A DNA stretch of 64,000 nucleotides from a delta proteobacterium MLS_D (GTDB lineage: Bacteria; Desulfobacterota; Syntrophia; Syntrophales; UBA2210). The translations under genes were made by a program, and so were the position numbers. The stretch is from assembly GCA_002030015.1 (NCBI GenBank), contig LQBH01000057.1, positions 35,470 to 99,469 of the forward strand. Reading direction: 5' to 3'. This document shows positions 56,142 to 64,000 of the stretch, piece by piece (position 1 is the first letter of the stretch; each line of letters opens with the position of its first letter). A model generated the notes under the pieces. The model saw only the letters and a program-made list of their open reading frames with translations. It had not been told where the DNA came from and ran no database searches.

Positions 56142-56759
56142 GTGGAAGGAACCCGCGGTAAACTGCCGGTCGCGCTGCGGTATGCCGGCGAGAACGGTTT
56201 CTGGGAAGAGCTCGGACGGCGTCTGAAAGAGAGAAACACGGTCAGGACGCCTGACCTGTTCTCGGCCCTCGTTTCCCGGGCCGCCGGGCTGGGGTTGCCC
56301 GTAACCTTCGGCGGACCGAGAAGTGAGGCCTGGGCTCTGATCTGCGGCCTGTTCATGCTCTGCCATGACCGTACGCCCCCGCTGGGCCGGAACGCGTATC
56401 GCTCCATGATGGCCGGCTGCAATCGGGTCATGAACGGGCGGTCCGCCGCGGCGGCGTTCGGACGCATCGCGGCCAACATCGCCAGTCCCTCGTCTCCCGG
56501 ACGGTCGATTCCCGACTCCGTCGTCGATACCTTTCTGGCCAACGGCCTCGTGACGACGGGTGGTTACGAGGGATCGTCGATGGACGGTGACATTCTCACG
56601 GCTTTTCTTGAAGACGACGAAACCATGAATCTGGCCCGCGCCGTGGTCACGCCGCCGGAGGATGTCTGGGACGAGGCTCTGCGTTCCTATGAATCCAGAC
56701 GGCCCGGTTTCGCGGCAAGAAAGCTGCTTGATCTGTTTTACTGGATTTTCACACGGTAA
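56142..56759 (+). CDS. Hypothetical protein (no recognisable family)
   Basis: GC3 is strongly G/C-biased in this frame, whereas the opposing 268-aa ORF is Arg/Gly/Pro-rich junk. The start is uncertain: ATG at 56091 overlaps the upstream gene, while GTG at 56142 follows GAGGGG. Confidence 0.45.
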   Translation: MEGTRGKLPVALRYAGENGFWEELGRRLKERNTVRTPDLFSALVSRAAGLGLPVTFGGPRSEAWALICGLFMLCHDRTPPLGRNAYRSMMAGCNRVMNGRSAAAAFGRIAANIASPSSPGRSIPDSVVDTFLANGLVTTGGYEGSSMDGDILTAFLEDDETMNLARAVVTPPEDVWDEALRSYESRRPGFAARKLLDLFYWIFTR

Positions 56760-56806
56760 TAACGCGTTACCCGGCACGGACCGCCGGGCGGAAAGGATCG
56801 ATATTT

Positions 56807-58411
56807 ATGGAAAAAGTGTCGTCAGCATTCGCCGGGGAACTGAAAAAGGCCGGCGTGCGCCACCTGTTCGGCATTCCCAGCATTCATAATATAGGTTTCT
56901 ACGACGCCCTTCGCGGGGAACCGGCCATGACACACGTGCTGTGTCGTCACGAGTCGTCCGCCACCCACATGGCGGACGGCTACGCCCGCGGCGGTGCGGG
57001 GCCGGGTGTGGTCGTCACGTCAACCGGTCCGGGGGCGGCCTACATGATACCCCCCCTGATGGAGGCCTGGTGGAGTTCCTCGCCGGTGTTCGCTCTCAGC
57101 ACCAATATCGCCGCCGGAAGGATCGGGAAGAAAACCGGCGTTCTTCACGAGATCGAAAACCAGTCGTCCATGTTTGCTCCCGTTACCAGGGAACAGTTCT
57201 GCCCGCGCGGCGCTGAAGAAGTGCTTCCCATGACCCGGGACGCCTTGCGGATGATGCGGGAAGGCCGGCCCGGCCCGGTTTTTTTCGAGGTTCCCACTGA
57301 TCTCTGGGACCGGGACTGTGATGAACACGAAACGGCGGACAACGAACGCGGCGTGCATGAACAGTGCGAAGGCGACCTGGACGGGGCGGCCGTGATTCTC
57401 GCCCGGGCGGAGCGGCCTCTCATCGTGGCCGGAACCGGCGCCCTGCGCGCGGGGATCGGAACCGCCGTCAAAGCCCTGGCCGAGGTTCTGGGAGCGCCGG
57501 TGGTGACAAACGCCGAGGCAAAGGGGGTAATTCCGGAAGACCACGAACTTGCCTTCGGCAACGCGGCCCGGCGAGGCGTGGTCCGGGACATGATACGGTC
57601 GGCGACGGCGGTCCTGGCAGTGGGTACCCGGCTTCGGAACGTCGATTACGCCCGCCGTGGCGTCACCATGCCCCACCTGGTGCACGCGGATTTCGACGAT
57701 AGGTTCATGGACAGAAATTTTCCCGCCGAGATTCGACTGACGGGATCACTGCGGGCCATAACCGACGGTCTGCGTGAACGTGTCGGGCAGGCCAGCGGTG
57801 AAAAATCCTGGTCGTCGGAATTCCGCCGCCGTCTCGATGAAGAGAGACGGGCAATCGCCGACGAACGGGATGAGCCGGCCTTTGTGGACGCGATCCGACG
57901 CGCCCTTCCCCGGGACTCGTCCCTGGTGATAGACAACACCATGCTCGGTTACTGGTCGGAATATTTTTACGATTCGTATCGCGAAGGCGGTCTCGTCACG
58001 GCGAAGGGATCGTCGATCATCGGTTTTGGCTTTCCCGCGGCCATCGGCCTGAAGCTGGCCCGTCCCGACCATCCCGTGGCGGCCGTCACCGGGGACGGAG
58101 GGTTTTTTTACGGGGCCCAGGAACTTTCCACCTGTATCAGGCACGGGGTGGGATTTCCACTGGTCGTCGTCAACGACGGGGCATTCGGAATCATCGATTA
58201 CCTGCAGCGCCTGATATACGGGCAGGGGCATGAAACATCCCTGATAAATCCCGACCTGCGTTCATTCGCCGCGTCATTCGGCGTGCCCGCCGACCGGGTT
58301 CATACGCCGGACGAGCTGGAACAGGCCCTGGCATCCTCCCTGGGCACGGGACGGATGCATCTCATCGAACTGGAGGCATCCTTTCCGGAGAGTCCTTTCG
58401 TGCGCTACTGA
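56807..58411 (+). CDS. Thiamine-pyrophosphate-dependent enzyme (acetolactate synthase large-subunit-like)
   Basis: 534 aa with three-domain ThDP enzyme organisation. The N-terminal Pyr domain contains HESSATHMADGYAR, and the C-terminal ThDP motif is GDGGF...NDGAFG. Confidence 0.85.
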   Translation: MEKVSSAFAGELKKAGVRHLFGIPSIHNIGFYDALRGEPAMTHVLCRHESSATHMADGYARGGAGPGVVVTSTGPGAAYMIPPLMEAWWSSSPVFALSTNIAAGRIGKKTGVLHEIENQSSMFAPVTREQFCPRGAEEVLPMTRDALRMMREGRPGPVFFEVPTDLWDRDCDEHETADNERGVHEQCEGDLDGAAVILARAERPLIVAGTGALRAGIGTAVKALAEVLGAPVVTNAEAKGVIPEDHELAFGNAARRGVVRDMIRSATAVLAVGTRLRNVDYARRGVTMPHLVHADFDDRFMDRNFPAEIRLTGSLRAITDGLRERVGQASGEKSWSSEFRRRLDEERRAIADERDEPAFVDAIRRALPRDSSLVIDNTMLGYWSEYFYDSYREGGLVTAKGSSIIGFGFPAAIGLKLARPDHPVAAVTGDGGFFYGAQELSTCIRHGVGFPLVVVNDGAFGIIDYLQRLIYGQGHETSLINPDLRSFAASFGVPADRVHTPDELEQALASSLGTGRMHLIELEASFPESPFVRY

Positions 58412-58421
58412 ACCCCGGACG

Positions 58422-59447
58422 TCAGGGGCGCAGCACCTTGCCGCCCCTGATCTTTCGATCCTTGAGTTCCATGAGGGCGCGGTTGGCTTCTTCCAGCGGG
58501 AATTCGACGACCTCAGGTTTCAGGGGAATCTGCGGGGCCAGCGCGAGGCAATCGGCGATATCGCGGCGCGTCACGTTGGCGACGCTCGCCACCTCCTTTT
58601 CCATCCACAGGTGGGTCGTGTAATCGAGACGGTCCAGGATTTTACGGTCTCCCTCCTCCTTGCGTATGGCGTTGATGACCAGCCGGCCTCCGGCGTCGAG
58701 CCGTTCCAGAGCCGCCAGGACGGGTTTCCAGGCCGGCGTGGTGTCGATAATCGCCTGCGGCGGTTCCGGGGGTATGTCGTCCGTGTCTCCCGCCCAGGCG
58801 GCGCCGAGTTCCAGGGCAAAGCGGCGTTCGGCCTCACTGCGGGCGAACACCATAACCGGTGAACGCGGGTAGAGGTGACGGGACATCTGGAGGACCAGGT
58901 GACCCGACGCGCCAAACCCGGTCAGTCCCAGCGGCCGCCCGTTTTCGAGTTGCGCCAGCCTGAGCGAGCGCAGGCCGACGGCTCCCGCGCACAGGAGTAC
59001 AGCGGCCTCTGCATCGCGAGGTCCGTCTGGAACCGGAGTGGCAAACTCTTCGGCTATCACGACATATTCGGCATACCCGCCGTTTATGTCACGGCCCAGG
59101 GCCCGGAACTCGGGGCAGAGGTTTTCCCTGCCCGTGGTACAGAAGCGGCACGTACCGCAGGCGTGACCGATCCATCCCATGCCGACCCGGTCTCCCTCGC
59201 GCAGCCGTCCTGTTCCTTCACGGATGGACTCAACCACGCCGACGACCTCGTGGCCCGGAATGACGGGGTACCCCGGCGGCGGCGTCCGGCCCTCGATTTC
59301 GTCGAGTTCCGTGTGGCAAACGCCGCAGGCCGTGACTTTTACAAGTACTTCGCCCGGCGCCGGTTCGGGCCGTTCAATCTCGACCAGGCGCAAGGGCTCC
59401 CGTGTCGAACGGGTATCGTATACGTTTTCGAGAATCATCGCTTTCAC
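58422..59447 (-). CDS. Zinc-dependent medium-chain alcohol dehydrogenase family
   Basis: 341 aa with the catalytic zinc motif CGVCHTE..GHEVVG, a structural zinc Cys cluster (CGTCRFCTTGRENLC) and GxGxxG-like GFGASGH. Confidence 0.85.
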   Translation of the reverse strand: MKAMILENVYDTRSTREPLRLVEIERPEPAPGEVLVKVTACGVCHTELDEIEGRTPPPGYPVIPGHEVVGVVESIREGTGRLREGDRVGMGWIGHACGTCRFCTTGRENLCPEFRALGRDINGGYAEYVVIAEEFATPVPDGPRDAEAAVLLCAGAVGLRSLRLAQLENGRPLGLTGFGASGHLVLQMSRHLYPRSPVMVFARSEAERRFALELGAAWAGDTDDIPPEPPQAIIDTTPAWKPVLAALERLDAGGRLVINAIRKEEGDRKILDRLDYTTHLWMEKEVASVANVTRRDIADCLALAPQIPLKPEVVEFPLEEANRALMELKDRKIRGGKVLRP

Positions 59448-59571
59448 GGGCCGACCTCCTTATGTCCGCCGCGTCACCGCGACAGGCGGTACGATTTCGA
59501 GTCCTTCGATGGTTAACAGCAAGGCCCGGGGTCCCCGAAAAAGGTCTGGACCTTGACGAAAAGAAATCTAT

Positions 59572-59590
59572 AATATTATTTAATAATATT
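59572..59590. promoter_or_regulatory. Perfect AT-only palindrome AATATTAT-TTA-ATAATATT upstream of the phosphofructokinase gene
   Basis: This 19-bp dyad lies in the divergent ADH/PFK intergenic region, 42 nt before the pfk ATG. The local AT content is exceptional for this genome. Confidence 0.35.
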
Positions 59591-59631
59591 TTCAAATGCC
59601 CGTCCTGTGCGGGCTGAGGGAGGAGGGTGTA

Positions 59632-60921
59632 ATGTCGGCGGACATCGTCATGACAGGGGAACAGCAATCCGACGCTATTCAACGGTTACGTTCGGCTGGT
59701 TTGAAAGTCGGTATTCTTCATGCAGGTGGTCCCGCGCCGGGGGCGAATCGTGTGCTGGCCGGTGCGGCGAAACAGTTTCTCGACCGGGGAGTGGAAGTCA
59801 TTGGGTTTCTTAATGGATATGAATTCATTCAGGACATGGAACCCTTCACGCTCGTTCCCGGGAGACATTATACCGCCGTCACCCGCGAAGTAATCTCACG
59901 GGTTCTCGACATGAACAGTTTTTACCTGCGAACATCGCGGGCAAATCCGGGCAAAACCGTCACCCGGCCAGCCGACCTTCGGGATCCTGATAAGACCAGA
60001 AAACTCGTCAATATTCTCAATGTTTTTGAGTACCTGAAAATCGGTGCCGTGATCTCGATCGGCGGTGACGACACGCTCAAGATCGCCAACTACCTCTATG
60101 AAATTTCCCGTCTTCGCCGTGACGAAGACGGACAGCTCTGTTTCAGAGGGGACGTCGTGCACGTGCCGAAGACAATCGACAACGATTATTACGGTATTCC
60201 CTGGACCTTCGGGTTCTTCACCGCCGCAGAGTCGGCGGGCCGCTCCGTCAGGGGGTTCTATGACGACGCGAAAGCAACCAATTGCTACCACGTGGTGGAA
60301 CTTATGGGCCGCCGCGCCGGGTGGTACACCGCAGCCGCGAGTATCTTCGCCCGGGGAACGAAGGCGCTTATTCCCGAAGATTATAGCGATCGCGATGCCA
60401 TAAGGATTCAGGATCTTGCCGAGGAACTCCTGAAGATCGTTCTGAGACGGGAAAAGCGGGGGAAAGCCTACGGACTGTTCTGTGTGGCCGAAGGACTGGC
60501 CGACAAGCTTCCTCCGGAAGACAGGGCCGGTATGTCGCTCGACCGGCACGGCAACCCGAAACTGGCGGAGGCGAAGATAGGCGATCACATCGCCCGGCAG
60601 CTTGCCCTGTTATACACCGAGGCGACGGGCCGTGAAAAAAGTTTCAAACCCCAGCTCGTGGGGTATGAAACCCGGCAGAACCCGCCGTCACTATACGACG
60701 TCCTGCTGACCTCGCAGCTTGGCGTCGGGGCCTTCCGTCTCATAGAGCAGGGACGCGAGGCGGAAATGGTGACGGTCGGGAACAATCTCGAAATTGACGG
60801 AATTCCCTTCGGGCAGCTTATCGAACCCGGGACACTGCGGGTGAGAAACAGGAGCATCGATATTAACGGCGATTTTTACACGCTGCTCCGTTCGCTGGAA
60901 GAGTACTTTACCGAGGGGTAG
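59632..60921 (+). CDS. Phosphofructokinase, probably pyrophosphate-dependent
   Basis: PFK-A family blocks are present. The motif is GGDDT (SIGGDDTLKIA) rather than GGDGS, plus PKTIDND, a pattern associated with PPi-dependent enzymes. The ATG at 59632 is preceded by GGAGGAGGG. The track ORF opens at 59596. Confidence 0.8.
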   Translation: MSADIVMTGEQQSDAIQRLRSAGLKVGILHAGGPAPGANRVLAGAAKQFLDRGVEVIGFLNGYEFIQDMEPFTLVPGRHYTAVTREVISRVLDMNSFYLRTSRANPGKTVTRPADLRDPDKTRKLVNILNVFEYLKIGAVISIGGDDTLKIANYLYEISRLRRDEDGQLCFRGDVVHVPKTIDNDYYGIPWTFGFFTAAESAGRSVRGFYDDAKATNCYHVVELMGRRAGWYTAAASIFARGTKALIPEDYSDRDAIRIQDLAEELLKIVLRREKRGKAYGLFCVAEGLADKLPPEDRAGMSLDRHGNPKLAEAKIGDHIARQLALLYTEATGREKSFKPQLVGYETRQNPPSLYDVLLTSQLGVGAFRLIEQGREAEMVTVGNNLEIDGIPFGQLIEPGTLRVRNRSIDINGDFYTLLRSLEEYFTEG

Positions 60922-61125
60922 CGTCCGGCGTCGACCGTCGTGATAACCGCCTGATATTTATTATTTTTTATTATTTCTTCGTGATCGGAGCGCGCCGTGG
61001 TGCGACCCTGTGGCGGGATTTTTTATTTGACCACCGCCGCGAAAGTATAGTAGTCGGAGTGGTCCCGACGGACCGGGCGGTCTGCCGGGTGAGAAGAACG
61101 CCGCTTTGACGGCGGGGAGTCGTAC

Positions 61126-61344
61126 ATGGGGAAAAAACGTTTTAATGTTACCGTTGACAGGACAATCTGTAAGGCCTGTGGTATTTGTGTCGCCTTCTGT
61201 CCCATGTCGGTGTTCACCACCGACCATGACGACAAGGCCGTGGTAAGCGCGCCCGAACGGTGCACCGGGTGCAGGCAGTGCGAGCTCCTGTGCCCCGATT
61301 TCTGCATAACTGTCGTTCAGGTCGAGGAGACAGCCGATGGCTGA
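61126..61344 (+). CDS. 2-oxoacid:ferredoxin oxidoreductase delta subunit (2x[4Fe-4S] ferredoxin)
   Basis: 72 aa with two CxxCxxCxxxCP motifs (CKACGICVAFCP, CTGCRQCELLCP). It overlaps the alpha subunit start. Confidence 0.8.
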   Translation: MGKKRFNVTVDRTICKACGICVAFCPMSVFTTDHDDKAVVSAPERCTGCRQCELLCPDFCITVVQVEETADG

Positions 61345-62464
61345 GGCGAAATTATTATCGGGAAACGATGCGTGCGTCCAGGGCGCGCTGGCGGCGGGAG
61401 TCAGATTTTTTGCCGGCTATCCTATCACGCCGTCTACTGAGATCGCCAATGCCTTTGCACGGGAGCTTCCAGGCAGGGGCGGTATCTTCATGCAGATGGA
61501 AGACGAGATCGCCAGCATGGGCGCCATCATCGGCGCTTCCTGCACGGGCACGAAAGCCGTGACCGCCACGAGCGGACCGGGCTTTTCATTGATGCAGGAA
61601 AACATCGGTTACGCCGCCGTCGCAGAAATTCCCTGCGTCATCATCAACGTCATGCGGTATGGTCCCAGCACGGGACTGCCGACCAGTCCGTCCCAGGGAG
61701 ATTTCATGCAAACCCGCTGGGGGCCTCATGGAGACCACCCCGTCATCGTCATAGCTCCCTACACGGCGCGCGAAGCCTACCGGGAAACGGGACGGGCCGT
61801 GAACCTTTCGGAGCGGTACCGGGTGCCCGTCATTGTTCTCATGGACGAGATACTCGGACATCTGCGGGAGCGGGTCGAATTCAGGGACGAAGACCTCGTG
61901 CAGGAGATAAACCGGAAAGGCCCGGATCCCGACAGCACCTTTCTGCCCTACGAATACACTGAGGACGGTGTTCCGCCGTTCGCGAATTTCGGTACGGGAT
62001 ACCGGTATCACATAACGGGGCTCATTCACGACGAAACAGGATTTCCCACGAACAATCCCGTCGAGGTTGACCGGATCATGCGACGGGTGAACGAAAAAAT
62101 CGAGTTGCACCGACGGGATATAGCGCGCACGCAGTTCGTCGAAGTCGACGACGCCGACATCCTGGTTGTCGCTTTTGGCAGCGTTGCCCGGTCGGCCCAC
62201 GAAGCGGTCCGGACCCTGCGCCAGGAGGGCAAGGCGGTGGGCATGGTGCGTCCCGTCACGGTCTGGCCTTTCCCCGATGAAGACATCAGAAAAGCCGCCG
62301 CCGGCAAAAAGGCCGTCATCGTGCCGGAAATGAACCTGGGACAGATGGTTCGCGAAGTAGAACGGGTTGTCGCGGGGACCGTTCCCGTCCATGCGCTGAA
62401 CAGGATCGACGGCCTGCTGATTACACCTCAAGAAATGCGCGACCTGATCGAGGACATACAGTAA
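61337..62464 (+). CDS. 2-oxoacid:ferredoxin oxidoreductase alpha subunit (Kor/Vor-type)
   Basis: 375 aa with an N-terminus (GNDACVQGALAAGVRFFAGYPITPSTEI) typical of OFOR alpha subunits. Substrate specificity cannot be told from the sequence alone. Confidence 0.85.
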   Translation: MAEAKLLSGNDACVQGALAAGVRFFAGYPITPSTEIANAFARELPGRGGIFMQMEDEIASMGAIIGASCTGTKAVTATSGPGFSLMQENIGYAAVAEIPCVIINVMRYGPSTGLPTSPSQGDFMQTRWGPHGDHPVIVIAPYTAREAYRETGRAVNLSERYRVPVIVLMDEILGHLRERVEFRDEDLVQEINRKGPDPDSTFLPYEYTEDGVPPFANFGTGYRYHITGLIHDETGFPTNNPVEVDRIMRRVNEKIELHRRDIARTQFVEVDDADILVVAFGSVARSAHEAVRTLRQEGKAVGMVRPVTVWPFPDEDIRKAAAGKKAVIVPEMNLGQMVREVERVVAGTVPVHALNRIDGLLITPQEMRDLIEDIQ

Positions 62465-63291
62465 TGGGAGAACTGCACGAAAAATACCTGCGCATGAATA
62501 AAATGCCTCACATCTGGTGCGCCGGTTGCGGCAACGGCATCATCATGGGGGCCTTTATCACCGCCATAGACCGCCTGGGATACGACAAAGACGAGGTGGC
62601 GGCCGTTTCAGGAATCGGTTGTTCCGGCCGCATCACGGGTTACCTGGATTTTAACACCATCCACACCACCCACGGCAGGGCGCTTGCGTTCGCTACGGGA
62701 ATCAAATTGACCAAGCCCCGGCTGAAAGTGTTCGTTTTCATGGGCGATGGTGACGCCGTGGCCATCGGCGGCAACCACTTGATACACGCCTGCCGCAGGA
62801 ATCTTGATATGACGGCCGTTATTTTCAACAATCACATTTACGGCATGACGGGCGGCCAGTTTTCACCCACCACCTTCAAAAACAAAAGCGCCACCACGGC
62901 GCCGTACGGGACCACCGACCCGGATTTCGACATCGCCCAGCTCTGCATCGGCGCCGGTGCGACCTACGTGGCCCGGGGAACCAGTTACCATGCGAGGCTG
63001 CTGACCGATCTCATCGTCAAGGGGGCGGAACATCCGGGGTTTTCCGTCATTGAAGTTATCACGCACTGCCCCGTGAATTTCGGGCGGCGCAACAATTTCG
63101 AGTCTCCCGCCCAGATGTTGCTCTGGCAGAAAGAGCATGGTGTGGCGGCACGAAAGGCGAAGGCGATGCCCCTGGAAGACATGGAGGGAAAGTTCACTAT
63201 CGGTGAATTGTACCGTAGCACCGAAATTCCCGAGTATCTCGAAGAGTACGGCCGGGTGATTCAGGCGGCGAACGAGGAGAAACAGCCGTGA
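62464..63291 (+). CDS. 2-oxoacid:ferredoxin oxidoreductase beta subunit (ThDP-binding)
   Basis: 275 aa with the WCAGCGNG Cys motif, GIGCSGR and the ThDP motif GDGD..AIGGNH...NN.IYGMTGGQ. Confidence 0.85.
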   Translation: MGELHEKYLRMNKMPHIWCAGCGNGIIMGAFITAIDRLGYDKDEVAAVSGIGCSGRITGYLDFNTIHTTHGRALAFATGIKLTKPRLKVFVFMGDGDAVAIGGNHLIHACRRNLDMTAVIFNNHIYGMTGGQFSPTTFKNKSATTAPYGTTDPDFDIAQLCIGAGATYVARGTSYHARLLTDLIVKGAEHPGFSVIEVITHCPVNFGRRNNFESPAQMLLWQKEHGVAARKAKAMPLEDMEGKFTIGELYRSTEIPEYLEEYGRVIQAANEEKQP

Positions 63292-63851
63292 GCAAGCGAT
63301 GGGAAGTACGACTGATCGGTACGGGCGGCCAGGGAATCGTCACGGCGAGCATCATTCTCGCCGTCGCGGCTCTCCGGGAAGGAAACAACGTGGTGCAGTC
63401 CCAGAACTACGGACCCGAGGTCAGGGGAGGTTACAGTACCGCCTACGTGATCGCCTCGGAAAGCAGCATTCTTTACCCCAAGATCGACCGGCCCAACGTA
63501 CTGCTGGTGATGACCAGCACGGATTACGAGAAGTACCTGCGTGATATTGATGACAACGGCATGCTCATCATGAACGGTGAACCCGGTCCGGAAAAGGTGC
63601 CGGACAACGTGTACTTCATACCCATAACGAATATCGCTCACGATGAGGTGGAGCGTCCCATAACCGCGAATATCGTCTGCGTGGGCGCCGTCGTGGGGCT
63701 TACGGGAATGGTGTCTGAAGCCGCCGCCCTGGCGGCGGTGGAAGAGCACGTTCCCGCGAAGGCCGTCAAGATCAACCGGCGAGCCTTTATCCTGGGAGTA
63801 CGAGCAGCCAGGGAAGCCCTGGCGAAGCGCGAGGCGTCAGCCACGTCCTGA
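63288..63851 (+). CDS. 2-oxoacid:ferredoxin oxidoreductase gamma subunit
   Basis: 187 aa beginning RLIGTGGQGIVTASIILA, with an SQNYGPEVRGG block. It overlaps the beta subunit stop by 4 nt. Confidence 0.8.
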   Translation: MSKRWEVRLIGTGGQGIVTASIILAVAALREGNNVVQSQNYGPEVRGGYSTAYVIASESSILYPKIDRPNVLLVMTSTDYEKYLRDIDDNGMLIMNGEPGPEKVPDNVYFIPITNIAHDEVERPITANIVCVGAVVGLTGMVSEAAALAAVEEHVPAKAVKINRRAFILGVRAAREALAKREASATS

Positions 63852-64000
63852 CATCAAGATTTTTGCAGAACCTCACCAAGCCGGCAATTTCGTCATATAC
63901 CGTCAGGGAAACAATAGTCGGCAGATATCCGCGCGTGTACACGGGCCGGCACGAGCATCTTCCGTCATACCGGCGGAAGCCGGTATCCAGAAAGCCATGG

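Noticed and set aside
60975-61055. A possible intrinsic terminator (CGCC...GGCG followed by GGGATTTTTT) and a sigma-70 promoter (TTGACC ... TATAGT) between pfk and the oxidoreductase operon.
   Set aside because: The stem has only 4 solid base pairs plus wobbles. The promoter hexamers are separated by only 13 nt, outside the functional 16-18 nt range.

Overview
This is a high-GC bacterial chromosomal window (about 58-60% by eye, strong GC3 bias). It spans the replication-origin gene cluster rsmG-parA-parB-dnaA-dnaN-gyrB-gyrA at about 39.6-49.8 kb. I support about 57 densely packed protein-coding genes. I found no rRNA, tRNA, CRISPR array or mobile element. The ORF track uses ATG, GTG and TTG starts and often over-extends N-termini, so I refined starts where an RBS or family-typical N-terminus allowed. 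All family calls come from motif recognition by eye; no database search was run.

The gene content suggests a strict anaerobe of deltaproteobacterial/Desulfobacterota type, which is inference only. The relevant genes are selA, a sigma-54 enhancer-binding regulator, corrinoid methyltransferases, a four-subunit 2-oxoacid:ferredoxin oxidoreductase, a PPi-type phosphofructokinase and a rubrerythrin-like protein.

Most notable observations:
1. A CoA-disulfide reductase/NADH oxidase homolog (53969-55300) has an in-frame TGA at its catalytic Cys codon, followed 5 nt later by a perfect hairpin. It is a probable selenoprotein that the ORF track truncates.
2. A 6.3-kb minus-strand operon (20103-26356) encodes two diverged non-pyrrolysine MttB-family methyltransferases, one corrinoid protein, a methyl-THF:corrinoid methyltransferase, MetF and a MetH-activation-domain-like protein. 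No RamA-type activase is present. A MarR regulator lies upstream and an AsnB-like enzyme with Ser in place of the N-terminal Cys nucleophile lies downstream.
3. Two mirror-image sigma-54 promoters (TGGCAT-N5-TTGC) sit between htrA and a histidine kinase / NtrC-family regulator operon, with a candidate shared enhancer dyad between them.
4. There is a perfect 16-bp parS, and DnaA-box plus AT-rich oriC candidates flank dnaA.
5. An archease-rtcB pair overlaps the 3' end of gyrA.
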